Source of the DNA: an uncultured Chloroflexia bacterium
Lineage (GTDB): Bacteria > Chloroflexota > Dehalococcoidia > UBA2979
Length of the DNA: 64,000 nt
Assembly: GCA_963728205.1 (NCBI GenBank)
Contig: CAVSIV010000006.1
Span: 736,001-800,000, forward strand
Direction of reading: 5' to 3'
Shown piece after piece: positions 50,172 through 60,103 of the stretch. Each line of letters begins with the position of its first letter. Positions within the stretch are counted from its first letter, which is position 1. A program made the translations under genes and the position numbers. The notes under the pieces were generated by a model. That model saw only the letters and a program-made list of their open reading frames with translations. It had not been told where the DNA came from and ran no database searches.

Positions 50172-51447
50172 GTGCGCACGAACGCCGACCCCGACGACGG
50201 CTCTGGCTTTGCCGGCCTGCCTTTCGGCGCGGAGGCGATCGCTTCGCTGCTCGCGCCCGCCGTCGGCGCGCTGACGCCGCCGACCTCGCTCTCGCCGCTC
50301 CCCTACGACCTCAACGCCGGCGTGCCCGACCGCAGCAGCCTCCCCGCGCGCGACCTCGCCTACGCGGCGCAGGCGGTGCTCGCCGAGGACGCGGCGGGCG
50401 CGCTCACCTACGGCGGCGCCCAGGGCTACGAGCCGCTGCGCGCATGGATCGCCCGCCGCCAGGCCGCCGAGACCGGACTCGACCTCACGCCCGCACAGGT
50501 CACGATCACGCTCCGGCAGCGCGCACGCGCTGGACAACATCGCCGCCACGTTCCTCGGCCCGGGCGACGTCGCGATCGTGGGCGCGCCGTCCTACCCCGG
50601 CGCGATCCGCACCTTCCGCGCGCGCGGCGCGCGCGTCGCGACCGTCCCGCAGGACGACGACGGCATGCGCATGGACGCGCTGGCCGCCGCGCTCGAGGAG
50701 CAGCGCGCGGCCGGCACGCCGGCGAAGCTCGTGTACGTCGTCAGCAACTATGACAACCCCTCGGGGGCGACGCTGCCGGAGGCGCGCCGCGCGGAGCTGG
50801 TCGCGCTCGCCCGCCGCCACGGCGCGCTGATCGTCGAGGACGACGCCTACACGGGCATCGACCTCGACGGGCCGCCGCCGCCGTCGGTCTTCCAGGTCGC
50901 CGAGGGCCGCGGCGTGATGCGGGTGGGCAGCTTCTCGAAGACCGTCGCCACCGGGCTGCGCGTCGGCTGGGTGCTCGCCAGCCCCGAGATCGTCGAGCGG
51001 CTGGTGTTCATGCGCTTCGACAACGGGGCGTCGCCGTTCGTGCAGCGCGTGCTGATGCACTACCTGGCGTCGGGCGGCTTCGAGCCGCACGTGCGGGGCC
51101 TGCAGGCGATCTACCGCGAGCGGCGCGACGTCTCAGCCGCGGCGCTCGTCGAGCACTGCGAGCCCTACCTCACCTTCCGCAAGCCGGCGGGCGGCTTCTT
51201 CCACTGGCTGCGCCTGCGCGACGGGCTGCACGCCGCCGACGTGACCGCGGCCGCGGCGCGCCGCGGCGTCGCCGTCACGCCGGGCACCGGCTACTTCGCC
51301 TCCGGCGGCGGGGACGACCGCCTGCGCCTCGTCTACTCCGCGCTCCCCCCGCGTCACCTGCGCGAGGCCATCACGCGTTTCGCCGCCGCGCTCGAGGAGG
51401 TGGCAAGCTCTTCGCCCGGGGGCACGGCGGCGAACGGCACGGCGTGA
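50172..51447 (+). CDS. PLP-dependent aminotransferase class I/II, one apparent +1 frameshift near 50511
   Basis: LTYGGAQGYEPLR, then (frame change) SGSAHALD, NPSG, IVEDDAY, SFSKTVATGLRVGW. Confidence 0.85.
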
Positions 51448-51658
51448 GCCGGCTGAGCCGCCACTCTGACCGCCCGACTGCTCAACCGGCTGACACCGCG
51501 CCGTTCCTCCGGCGGCGGGCGGCGGGCGGCGGCATCGGGGTACACCCCACATTGAAGGCTGACATCACGAGACATAGGATGACTGGAATACGCACGTTCT
51601 GACCGGTCCGTGCGTTCGAACACACGTCCAGCAGTGATCAGCCCTACGGAGCCCCCCA

Positions 51659-52948
51659 GTGACGGTGGAATCAGCCCAAGGCCTGGCCGAGGAACTCGCG
51701 CAGCTCTGGTCGCACTACGACCTCGACGCTCTCACCAGCGATGCTGCCCAGTACCTGAGCGCCGGCACGGCTACCGACTGGGGACTGTCGTCGCGCGACG
51801 GCATGTCGGCTTCCATCATCTCGCTCGGCGGCGGCATCCCGGATCCGGCGAGCCTGCCCCGTCGCGAGCTCGTCGACGCCATGAACCGCGCGCTCTCCGT
51901 CCCGGACGACGGCCCGCTGCGCTACGGCGGCGGCGTCGGCTACGAGCCGCTGCGCGTCGCGCTGGCCGAGCGCTACACGCGCGACCGCGGCCTGCCCGTC
52001 GGCCCCGAGCACTTCACGCTCACGAACGGCAGCGCCGGCGCGATCGACCTCGTGTGCGCGGCGTTCATCTCGCCCGGCGACGTCGTGATCGCCGAGGCGC
52101 CCACCTTCTCCGGCTCGCTGCGCACCTTCCGCGGTCACCAGGCGGAGGTCGTCACCGTCGGTATGGACCACCAGGGCATGCACACCGACGAGCTCGAGGC
52201 GACCGTCGAACGCCTGCTCGCGCAGGGCAAGCGCGTCAAGCTCATCTACACGATCACGAACTTCCACAACCCCATGGGCGCCGCGATGACGATGGCGCGC
52301 CGGGAGCACCTGCTCCGCATCGCCGCGCGCCACGGCATCCTCGTGCTCGACGACGACGCGTACGGCGACATCTACTTCGGCGAGGCGGCCCCGCGCGCGC
52401 TCTCGGCGCTGTCGGGCGGCCACGGCGTGATCACCGCCGGGACGTTCTCGAAGATGATCGCCACCGGCATCCGCGTCGGCTGGATCCACGCGAACCCCGA
52501 GATCATCGAGCGCTGCACGCGCATGCGCTTCGAGATGGGCAACAGCCCGCTGCTCCACCGCATGCTGTTCGAGTACATGAAGGACGGCGCGCTGGACCAG
52601 CACCTCGAGACGGTGCGCGCGCTGTACGCCGAGAAGCTCGACATCCTCACGACCGCACTCCACGAGTACTGCGAGCCCTACCTCTCCTGGAAGAAGCCGC
52701 AGGGCGGGTTCTTCCTCTGGGTCTCGCTGCGCGACGGCTTGAAGGCCGACCGCCTGCAGGAGATCGGGCTCGAGGAGGGCATCTCGTTCCCGCTCGGCTA
52801 CGCGTTCTTCCCGGACCGCATCGACACGACCGGCGAGCACATCCGCCTCGCCTTCTCGTGGACGGCGAAAGAGGATCTCCGCGAGGCCGCCCGGCGCCTC
52901 GGTCGCGCCTGCGAGCGGGCGATGAACGCCGCGGAGGCCGGGAAGTAG
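51659..52948 (+). CDS. PLP-dependent aminotransferase class I/II
   Basis: LGGGIPD, TNGSAGAID, FHNPMG, LDDDAY, TFSKMIATGIRVGW. Confidence 0.92.
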   Translation: MTVESAQGLAEELAQLWSHYDLDALTSDAAQYLSAGTATDWGLSSRDGMSASIISLGGGIPDPASLPRRELVDAMNRALSVPDDGPLRYGGGVGYEPLRVALAERYTRDRGLPVGPEHFTLTNGSAGAIDLVCAAFISPGDVVIAEAPTFSGSLRTFRGHQAEVVTVGMDHQGMHTDELEATVERLLAQGKRVKLIYTITNFHNPMGAAMTMARREHLLRIAARHGILVLDDDAYGDIYFGEAAPRALSALSGGHGVITAGTFSKMIATGIRVGWIHANPEIIERCTRMRFEMGNSPLLHRMLFEYMKDGALDQHLETVRALYAEKLDILTTALHEYCEPYLSWKKPQGGFFLWVSLRDGLKADRLQEIGLEEGISFPLGYAFFPDRIDTTGEHIRLAFSWTAKEDLREAARRLGRACERAMNAAEAGK

Positions 52949-53078
52949 CGCCGGCGCGGGCGCGTCCCCCATCCCCCCTCGGCCCTCCCGGCGCAGCCTC
53001 GCCGAGCGATCGGCTACAGTGCGCCGCGTCACCGCGCCCGGCCTCGCCGCGCGTGCCGCACCGCTGAAGGAGGGGACG

Positions 53079-53366
53079 ATGCCGCAGCGCCGTGTGCCGC
53101 GCGCATTCACGCTGCCGTGGGGCAGCGGACAGGTCGTCGAGGAGGCCGCGATCGAGGGCGGACTGCACGCGCCGTCGCTGCAGCTCCTCAACTACGAGCG
53201 CGGCGAGAAGAAGGGCCAGGCGGCGATCCGCTTCGCGGCCTACAGCCAGGACGGCGAGCTCGAGCACCGCGCGCTGATCGTGAACGAGCGCGAATTTCAG
53301 GCGCTGCGCCGCGAGATCGCGCGGTCGCCCCGCCTCAAGGCGCTGCTCCGGCGGCTCGTCGACTGA
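53079..53366 (+). CDS. small hypothetical protein
   Basis: 95 aa with AAGGAGG RBS; MPQRRVPRAFTLPWGSG. Confidence 0.7.
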   Translation: MPQRRVPRAFTLPWGSGQVVEEAAIEGGLHAPSLQLLNYERGEKKGQAAIRFAAYSQDGELEHRALIVNEREFQALRREIARSPRLKALLRRLVD

Positions 53367-53846
53367 CCGGAACCCCGCCACCCGCCATCCGCGACGCGCG
53401 CCGCGGCGACCGCCGCGCGCTGCGCGACCTCAGCCGGCGCGCACTCGCCGGCAGCGGCGGCGAGGTCGCCGACCCGCGCTGGGATCGCGACCTCCTCGAC
53501 GTCGACGCCGCCTACATGCGCGACGGCGGCGCATTCCTCGTCGCGGTCGAACGCGGACGCATCGTCGCGATGGGCGGCCTGCGCCGGCTCGACGCCGGCC
53601 GCTTCGAGGTCGTGCGCATGCGGGTCGCACCCGACCGCCGGCGCCGCGGACTCGCGCGCGTGGTCCTCGCGGCGCTCGAGACGCGCCGCGCGGGCCGGCG
53701 CCCGCGAGCTCGTGCTCGAGACCACCGTCGCCCAGCGCCCCGCCCGCGCGCTCTACGCGCACGCCGGCTACCGCGTCGCGCGACGCCGCCGCCGCCGGAT
53801 CGGCGACGCGGTGTTCGACGTCATGGAGTACGCAAAGCCGCTCTGA
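53363..53846 (+). CDS. GNAT N-acetyltransferase, apparent frameshift near 53690, start unclear
   Basis: IVAMGGL, RMRVAPDRRRRGLA, then ELVLET..ARALYAHAGY in another frame. Confidence 0.7.
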
Positions 53847-53971
53847 CCGCCGCACGCGCGGCGCGGCGGCCCGCCAAATTTCCACAGCCTCTGTGTATGC
53901 TGGCGTACGGTACATAGTGTTATGTTGGTGCCTATACTTCGCGCGCGGCCGGTTACGGATGGACGCGCGTT

Positions 53972-55186
53972 ATGCCCGACTCCCCACGGGCCACGCCGGC
54001 GTCGCCGGTGGGCCTCGGCCAGCCCCGGCAACGCCTGCGTGAGCTCTCCCACCTCATCCGCTCGTTCAGCGAACTCGTCATCGTCGTCGACGAACACCTG
54101 CACGTCGTCGAGTGCGACGGCCCCGTCGAGCGCCTGTGGGGGATCGAGCGCGCGGAGCTCCTCGGCGAGACCATCCCGACGATGACGCGGCGGCTGGCGT
54201 TGCTGGACGGCGAGGGTGGAGCCATCCCGATCGATCATGCCCCCACCGCCCGTGCCCTCGCGGCCGGGCATGCCCAGGTCGACCCGATCATCGGCATCCG
54301 GCGCCCCGATGGCAGCGTGCGCTGGGCGCACGTCGTCGCGACGCCAACGCCCGCCGCGGACGGGCGGCCCGGGGGCGTGACCAGCATCTGGACCGACCTC
54401 ACCCCCATCGTCGAGCACGACACGTCCGAGGAGCGCGTTCGCGAGCGGACGGCCGTCCTCGAGTCGACGGTCGCCGAGCTCGAGGCGTTCAGCTACACGG
54501 TCTCGCACGACCTGCGCGGTCCGTCGCGCGCCATCGGCACGATGGTCGACGTGCTGCTGGAGCAGTCGGGCGAGCGCCTGGACGACGACGGCCGCGAGCT
54601 GCTGGGCCGCATCCGCGACACGGCCTCGCGGATGGACGCGCTGACGAGCGTGCTGCTCGAGCTCGCCGCGGTCGCCCGCGCCGAACCGCGCCGCGTGCCG
54701 CTCGACCTCGGCGCGATCGCGCGGGAGGAGCTCGCGGCGCTGCAGGCTGCGCAGCGCGATCGCGTCGTACGGTGCGACGTCGACGACGCGCTCTGCGCCA
54801 GCGCCGACGAGTCGCTCGTCCGCGTCGTCCTCCACAATCTGCTGAGCAACGCCTGGAAGTTCACGGCGCCGCGGCACGCCGGCCACATCCACGTGGGAGC
54901 GCGCGACGTCGACGGCGAGCCGGTGTTCTTCGTCCACGACAACGGCGTGGGGTTCGACCCGGCCGATGCCGATCGGCTGTTCCTCCCGTTCGAGCGGCTG
55001 CATCGCGAGCACGCGTTCGAAGGCACCGGCGTCGGCCTGGCCACGGTGCGACGCGTGATCGCGCGCCACGACGGGCGCGTGTGGGCGGAGGGCGTGCCGG
55101 GCCGGGGTGCGACCTTCTTCTTCACGCTCGCGCCGCCACCCGTCACGACGGCCTGCGCGTTGCTGGCGGACGGCGCGGAGCGGTAG
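53972..55186 (+). CDS. PAS-domain sensor histidine kinase
   Basis: PAS/PAC (RRPDGSVRW), ELEAFSYTVSHDLRGP, NLLSNAWKFT, DNGVGF, GTGVGLA. Confidence 0.9.
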   Translation: MPDSPRATPASPVGLGQPRQRLRELSHLIRSFSELVIVVDEHLHVVECDGPVERLWGIERAELLGETIPTMTRRLALLDGEGGAIPIDHAPTARALAAGHAQVDPIIGIRRPDGSVRWAHVVATPTPAADGRPGGVTSIWTDLTPIVEHDTSEERVRERTAVLESTVAELEAFSYTVSHDLRGPSRAIGTMVDVLLEQSGERLDDDGRELLGRIRDTASRMDALTSVLLELAAVARAEPRRVPLDLGAIAREELAALQAAQRDRVVRCDVDDALCASADESLVRVVLHNLLSNAWKFTAPRHAGHIHVGARDVDGEPVFFVHDNGVGFDPADADRLFLPFERLHREHAFEGTGVGLATVRRVIARHDGRVWAEGVPGRGATFFFTLAPPPVTTACALLADGAER

Positions 55187-55232
55187 CCTCGATCCGAACC
55201 CGTTTCGCCCCCGCAACACCCCGGAGGCCGGC

Positions 55233-56078
55233 ATGACGAGCCAGGTCGTCGTCGACGCGTCGGATACCACGTTTCAGCAGGATGTCATTGAGCGTTCGCG
55301 GCACGTCCCGGTCGTGGTCGACTTCTGGGCGCCGTGGTGCGGGCCGTGCCGGACGCTTGGGCCGCTGATCGAGCGCGTGGCCGCCGAGTCGGGCGGCGCG
55401 GTGCAGCTCGTGAAGGTGAACATCGACGAGAACCCGGGCGTCGCGACGACGTTCGGCATTCAGAGCATCCCCAACGTGATCGCGTTCCGCGACGGGGCGC
55501 CGGCGGCGCAGTTCGTGGGCGCGCAGCCCGAGCCCGCGGTGCGCCAGTTCTTCCAGGGACTCGTCCCGACGCAGGCCGACCGGCTCGCCGAACAGGGCGC
55601 GCGCGCGCTCGGCGCCGGCGACCTCGACGCCGCGCGCGCGGCGTTCGAGCAGGCGCTCGGCGTCGACGCGGAGCACCGCGGCGCTTCCATCGGGCTCGCG
55701 GCAATCCTGCTCGAGACGGGCGACCTCGACCGGGCCGAAGAGCTGTCGGCGCGCTGGCCGCGCGACGTCAACGCGAAGCGCATCCTCGGCCACGTGCACT
55801 TCCGGCGCGCGGCGGGCGGCGCCGATCGCGCCGCGCTGGAAGCGCGCCTCGCGGCCGACGACAACGATGCCGACGCGCACTATCGCCTCGGCGCGCTGCT
55901 CGCGCTCGACGGCGAGTGGGAGCCGGCACTCGAGCACCTGCTGACGACGGTCATGCTCGACCGCAAGCTCGACGACGATGGCGGCCGCCTGCGCATGCTC
56001 GACGCGTTCTCGCTCATGGGCGACGACCACGAACTGACGCAGGAGTTCCGGCGCCGCCTCGCGAACGTGCTGTTCTAG
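55233..56078 (+). CDS. thioredoxin-TPR chaperedoxin (YbbN/CnoX-like)
   Basis: VDFWAPWCGPC, TPR region, RRRLANVLF C-terminus. Confidence 0.9.
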   Translation: MTSQVVVDASDTTFQQDVIERSRHVPVVVDFWAPWCGPCRTLGPLIERVAAESGGAVQLVKVNIDENPGVATTFGIQSIPNVIAFRDGAPAAQFVGAQPEPAVRQFFQGLVPTQADRLAEQGARALGAGDLDAARAAFEQALGVDAEHRGASIGLAAILLETGDLDRAEELSARWPRDVNAKRILGHVHFRRAAGGADRAALEARLAADDNDADAHYRLGALLALDGEWEPALEHLLTTVMLDRKLDDDGGRLRMLDAFSLMGDDHELTQEFRRRLANVLF

Positions 56079-56086
56079 GCACGCTG

Positions 56087-56974
56087 GTGAGCGCGCGGCA
56101 GGTCGCCTTCAAACAGGTCGACGTCTTCACGGACCGGCCGTTCTTCGGCAACCCCGTAGCGGTAGTGCTCGACGCGCGCGACCTCGCGGATGGCGACATG
56201 CAGCGCATCGCGGCGTGGACGAACCTCTCCGAGACGACCTTCGTCCTGCCGTCGGACCGCGCCGACTACCGGCTACGCATCTTCTCGCCGCGCGGCGAGC
56301 TGCCGTTCGCGGGGCACCCGACGGTCGGGTCGGCGCACGCCGTGATCGAGGCCGGCATCGCTGTGCCACGCGGTCCGGGCGACGGCACGGGGATGCTCAC
56401 GCAGGAGTGCGCCGCGGGGCTGATCGCGCTGCGCGCCGAGGGTGCGCGCATCGTCGCGACGGTGCCGCCACCGAAGGTCGTGCGCGAGGCCGCGGTCGTC
56501 GCGGCCGACGTGGCGAGCGCGCTGGGCGCGCCGCTCGCGGCGCAACCGGCGCCGCTCGCGATCGACGTCGGGCCGGTGTGGCTGATCGCACAGGTGGCGT
56601 CGGCGGAGGCGTTGAGCCGCGCGGCGCCGGACCTCGGCGCCGTCGAGGCGCTGAGCCGCGCGCTGGGCGTGACGGGTGTCACGGCGTTCGCCTTCGAGCA
56701 GGGCGCCGAGCCGGGCGCGCCCCGCCTGCGCGTGCGTTCCTTCGCGCCCGTGGCGGGCGTGCCCGAGGATCCGGTATGCGGCAGCGGCAACGCCGCCGTC
56801 GGCGCCTACCTCGGCGCGACCGGGTTGCTCGCCCGCACCGGTGCCGCCTACGTGGCGTCGCAGGGCCGCGAGCTGGGCCGCGACGGCGCGGTGGCCGTCG
56901 AGGTCCGCGGCCACGAGGTGTCAATCGGCGGCGCGGCGGTCACGGTGATCGAGGGCACGATCCGGCTCGCGTAA
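56087..56974 (+). CDS. PhzF family isomerase
   Basis: QVDVFT, GNPVAV, NLSETTF, ELPFAGHPT, EDPVCGSGN. Confidence 0.92.
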   Translation: MSARQVAFKQVDVFTDRPFFGNPVAVVLDARDLADGDMQRIAAWTNLSETTFVLPSDRADYRLRIFSPRGELPFAGHPTVGSAHAVIEAGIAVPRGPGDGTGMLTQECAAGLIALRAEGARIVATVPPPKVVREAAVVAADVASALGAPLAAQPAPLAIDVGPVWLIAQVASAEALSRAAPDLGAVEALSRALGVTGVTAFAFEQGAEPGAPRLRVRSFAPVAGVPEDPVCGSGNAAVGAYLGATGLLARTGAAYVASQGRELGRDGAVAVEVRGHEVSIGGAAVTVIEGTIRLA

Positions 56975-57094
56975 CCGGCCACGCGCGATACGCGTCGCCC
57001 CGCGTCGAGCGGCAGTTGGCAGACTGCCGATCTCTCCCAACCCTGCGCACGCCGCGAAGCGTGTCGGCGCGCCCTCACCGTCCGCCCGACAATC

Positions 57095-57652
57095 TCAGAG
57101 CCGCCCGAGAAGCTCCTTCCACTCCGCTTCGACCCACAGCGCGAGGCACCCCTTCTGCTCCGCCACGTACCGCACGCCCGCGCCCACCGCGAGTTCGCTC
57201 CGCAACACGCGTCGCGACCCGCCCTGCGTCCACCAGGCGACGCGCCGCCCGTACGCGCGGTTCAGCTCGCGGGCCCCGAACGCCTTGAACCGTCCCAGCG
57301 CAGCGAGCGCTTCCTCGGTGTCGCCCGGCGGCGGCAGCCCGACGACGAGGTGAACGTGGTTCGCCATCACCGCGGCCACGAGGAGAGGCCAGCGCTGGAT
57401 CCGCGCGGTCGCGCGTATTTCACCGAGCACCGTGTGCGCCTGGGAAGCCGTCAGCAGCACCGGCGGCTCTCGCAGCGCGTCGAGGGCCGCCCGCCGCAAC
57501 GCGGGGTTGTCGCGGTCGAGCGGCGTACCCGGCGTGTTGTGCCGCGTGCGTTCGCCGGAGGGTCGGCGGACCGTGCTCACGAAGCCGCGCCGGTCGCCGG
57601 GGAGGCGCGTCGCGTTGGTGGTCCAGGTGAGCAGCCAGTAGCGGTGTTCCAC
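57095..57652 (-). CDS. REP-associated tyrosine transposase-like protein (HUH/Y1)
   Basis: WLLTWTT..RLPGD, VMANHVHL (HUH), WWTQGGS, GVRYVAEQ; clear paralog of 47985. Confidence 0.85.
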   Translation of the reverse strand: MEHRYWLLTWTTNATRLPGDRRGFVSTVRRPSGERTRHNTPGTPLDRDNPALRRAALDALREPPVLLTASQAHTVLGEIRATARIQRWPLLVAAVMANHVHLVVGLPPPGDTEEALAALGRFKAFGARELNRAYGRRVAWWTQGGSRRVLRSELAVGAGVRYVAEQKGCLALWVEAEWKELLGRL

Positions 57653-57738
57653 GACGACGGGTATGCACCGACGAGGTGCGGGCGAACAGGGGGGCCATCA
57701 GATTTCGGGGGCAACATTCGAGCGGCAGCCGGGAGGGT

Positions 57739-57824
57739 GCCGATCGCCCCCGCGGCAGCCCCGACGCACCGTTCGCCCGCGCGGCAGCCGCGACGCGCCG
57801 ATCGCCCCGCGACGGCCGGGGCGC
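57739..57824. repeat. ~3 x 29-bp degenerate tandem repeat inside the RAYT2 cassette
   Basis: GCCGATCGCCCCCGCGGCAGCCCCGACGC / ACCGTTCGCCCGCGCGGCAGCCGCGACGC / GCCGATCGCCCC... Confidence 0.65.
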
Positions 57825-57890
57825 GCCGACACGCTCGGCGGTTCAGCACGCGGTTGGGAGAGATCGGCAGTCTGCCAACTGCCGCTCGAC

Positions 57891-57985
57891 GTGCGGCGAT
57901 GTGCGGCGATGTGCGGCGATGTGGGCATGTGCGGCGATGTGCGGCGATGTGCGGCGATGTGCGGCGATGTGCGGCGATGTGCGGC
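57891..57985. repeat. 10-bp minisatellite (GTGCGGCGAT), 8 full units + 1 degenerate + 1 partial
   Basis: Runs from the last base of the RAYT2 right IR to the rnhA stop codon. Confidence 0.95.
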
Positions 57986-58566
57986 TACACCTCTGCGCGC
58001 AGGTACGCCGTCGCGAGCGAGTCGGCGTACTCGTTCCATCGCGAACCGTCGTGCGCGCGGATCCACTGGATGCGCACGTGCGGGCGCTCGCGGAAGAGCG
58101 CGTAGGCGCGCTGCACGAGCTCGAGGTTCTTCACCTCGCCGTCGCGACGACGCCACCCGTTGCGCGCCCAGCCCGCCGCCCACTTCGTCAGGGTGTCGAC
58201 GACCAGCCGGCTGTCGGTGTAGACGTCGAGCGCCTCGTCGGGCGCGATCATCGAGAGCCCCGCGATCATCGCCGTCAGCTCCATGCGGTTGTTCGTCGTG
58301 CTCGGGTCGGCGCCGTGCTGCGCATCGACGACCTCGCCGTCGCGCACGCGCACCGCTCCCCAGCCGCCGGGGCCGGGATTGCCCGAGCACGAGCCGTCCG
58401 TGAAGACGCCGGTGGAGGGGCCGTCGTGGAAGCGCGAGAGGACCTGCGCGGTTGTGAGCAACTGGCCGTACGACGCCGACGCGCCGGGACGTCCGCCGCG
58501 CGGCCGCCCGGCGGGGCGCGCTGCCGGGCGCGGCCGCGCCGACCAGCCGCCGCCGCGGCTACTCAA
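57985..58566 (-). CDS. rnhA: ribonuclease HI
   Basis: FTDGSCSGNPGPGGWG, TTNNRMEL, YTDS, VKNLEL, WIRAH, NEYADSLA; start uncertain. Confidence 0.92.
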   Translation of the reverse strand: MSSRGGGWSARPRPAARPAGRPRGGRPGASASYGQLLTTAQVLSRFHDGPSTGVFTDGSCSGNPGPGGWGAVRVRDGEVVDAQHGADPSTTNNRMELTAMIAGLSMIAPDEALDVYTDSRLVVDTLTKWAAGWARNGWRRRDGEVKNLELVQRAYALFRERPHVRIQWIRAHDGSRWNEYADSLATAYLRAEV

Positions 58567-60103
58567 GGCTGATCCCGTTGTAGAGCATCGCGGGATCCCC
58601 CTTGAACACGTCGCTTTCGAGGTTCGCCAGCACCACCACCGGCCGGTCCGAGACGATCACCGCGCTCCCCACCCAGCCGTCCGGCAGCCGGTGATCCTCC
58701 CACTGCCGGAACGTCGCCTGGCCCGGGACGATCTCCGGGTCGCCGATCAGCCCCGTCGGGAACTGCTTCGAGTAGTAGACGACGTGGACGTGCGCCGTGG
58801 AGCCGTCGAACGTGAGGACGCGGAACCACGAGTTCCAGCCCTTGCTCGCCCCGAACGGACCGTAGTTCTTGTCCATCACCGGCAGCACGACCTGCTTCGA
58901 CGCCTCCGCCGCGGAGAAGCCGCGGTACGTCGAGAACGCCCCGCTGGGCGACACGCGCTCCACGACCACCGCGATCGGCTCCACCGCCTGCATGCGCACG
59001 TGGCCGATGAACGTGCTGGGCAGCGACTTGTCGGCGGACAGGCAGCCGGCGGCGGCGTCCCGCGCCTGGTCGCAGGTGAGCGAGCCGTCGACCGTCACCG
59101 TGTTCTCGATCTCCACCGCGTTGCCCTGGCCGTCCGTGCCCTCGAAGCGCAGCGTCACCTGGTTGGGGACGCTCGGGTCGCCGCTCATGATGCGGAACCG
59201 CGTCGTCCAGCTCGACTGCCCCTCGGTGCCGTTGCGGTCGACCATCGGCAGGACGATGACGCGGTTCACCTCGTCGCTGTTGATGCCGCGGTACGTGCCG
59301 ATGCCGGCGCGGTTGCGGTCACGCGTGTCGACCATGAGCGATGGCAGCTGATCGTTCGCGGCGACGCCGCTGTCCGTGGGGAAGGTCTTCACCACCGCGG
59401 CGCCGTCGAAGCCGACCGGGACCGGCAGCGACTTCTCGTCGCGCAGCAGCGTGGCGTGGGGCGCGAGCAGCGTGCCGCCCTGCGCACAGCCCGGCGTGCC
59501 CGCCGGCGGGTCCTGCGCCGCCGGGGCCATCTTGCCCTCGGGGTAGTAGCGCAGCTGCACGCACGCCGCCTTGTCCGCGCTCGTGTTCTCGATGGTGAGA
59601 CGCGAGACGTAGTCCTTCGTGTTCACGACGAGCGGGGCGTACTGCGACGGCGTCGGCGAGCCGAGCCGCAGGCTGTCGCCGCTGATCTCGAAGGTGCCGT
59701 CCGTGCGCATCACGTCGCGCGCCATCAACGTGACGAACGGCTGGTCGACGGTGATGTGCCCGGAGCCGCGGTACCCGGTGGGAAGCTCGGTGTTCGTCTG
59801 CTGGAAGAAGGTCCAGCCAAAGCCGGGCTGGAGCGCGGGGCAGGCGTCGTTGTCGGGACAGGTGTCGCCGCTGACGCGATGGCCGGCCATGTCGTAGTAG
59901 TCGACCTGGATGTTCGCGGGCGAGTTGCCGACGTTCTGGACGCGCACCCACGAGTTCTCGTCGCCGAGGTCGATGGCCTGCGACGCGGAGCGGGAGGTGT
60001 CCGAGATCAGCGCGGCGAGCACCACCGCCAGCGCGAGCATCGCGGCCACGCCCACGCGCGGCGAGACGCGGGGCAGGCGCTGAAGCAGTCCGGGCACGGG
60101 CAA
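58559..60103 (-). CDS. secreted beta-rich hypothetical protein
   Basis: Signal-peptide-like N-terminus; repeated beta-rich modules ending in GS/GA..I/V..D/Q.P.V.; Cys pairs. Confidence 0.7.
   Translation of the reverse strand: MPVPGLLQRLPRVSPRVGVAAMLALAVVLAALISDTSRSASQAIDLGDENSWVRVQNVGNSPANIQVDYYDMAGHRVSGDTCPDNDACPALQPGFGWTFFQQTNTELPTGYRGSGHITVDQPFVTLMARDVMRTDGTFEISGDSLRLGSPTPSQYAPLVVNTKDYVSRLTIENTSADKAACVQLRYYPEGKMAPAAQDPPAGTPGCAQGGTLLAPHATLLRDEKSLPVPVGFDGAAVVKTFPTDSGVAANDQLPSLMVDTRDRNRAGIGTYRGINSDEVNRVIVLPMVDRNGTEGQSSWTTRFRIMSGDPSVPNQVTLRFEGTDGQGNAVEIENTVTVDGSLTCDQARDAAAGCLSADKSLPSTFIGHVRMQAVEPIAVVVERVSPSGAFSTYRGFSAAEASKQVVLPVMDKNYGPFGASKGWNSWFRVLTFDGSTAHVHVVYYSKQFPTGLIGDPEIVPGQATFRQWEDHRLPDGWVGSAVIVSDRPVVVLANLESDVFKGDPAMLYNGISLE

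Larger units (their letters stand above)
57003..57891. mobile_element. RAYT2 cassette: Y1 transposase between perfect 40-bp inverted repeats (REP-2)
   Basis: CGTCGAGCGGCAGTTGGCAGACTGCCGATCTCTCCCAACC at 57003-57042 and its exact reverse complement at 57852-57891; second 17-bp IR pair at 57058-57074 / 57819-57835. Confidence 0.85.

Noticed and set aside
51588-51630. LexA-like box (GAAC-ACAC-GTCC) upstream of the second aminotransferase
   Set aside because: Imperfect single match with no DNA-repair context
47985-57652. Y1 transposases as IS200/IS605 elements with TnpB/IscB
   Set aside because: No RuvC nuclease ORF is adjacent, and inverted flanking palindromes shared with dispersed repeats fit RAYT better; an IS200-like lifestyle is not fully excluded
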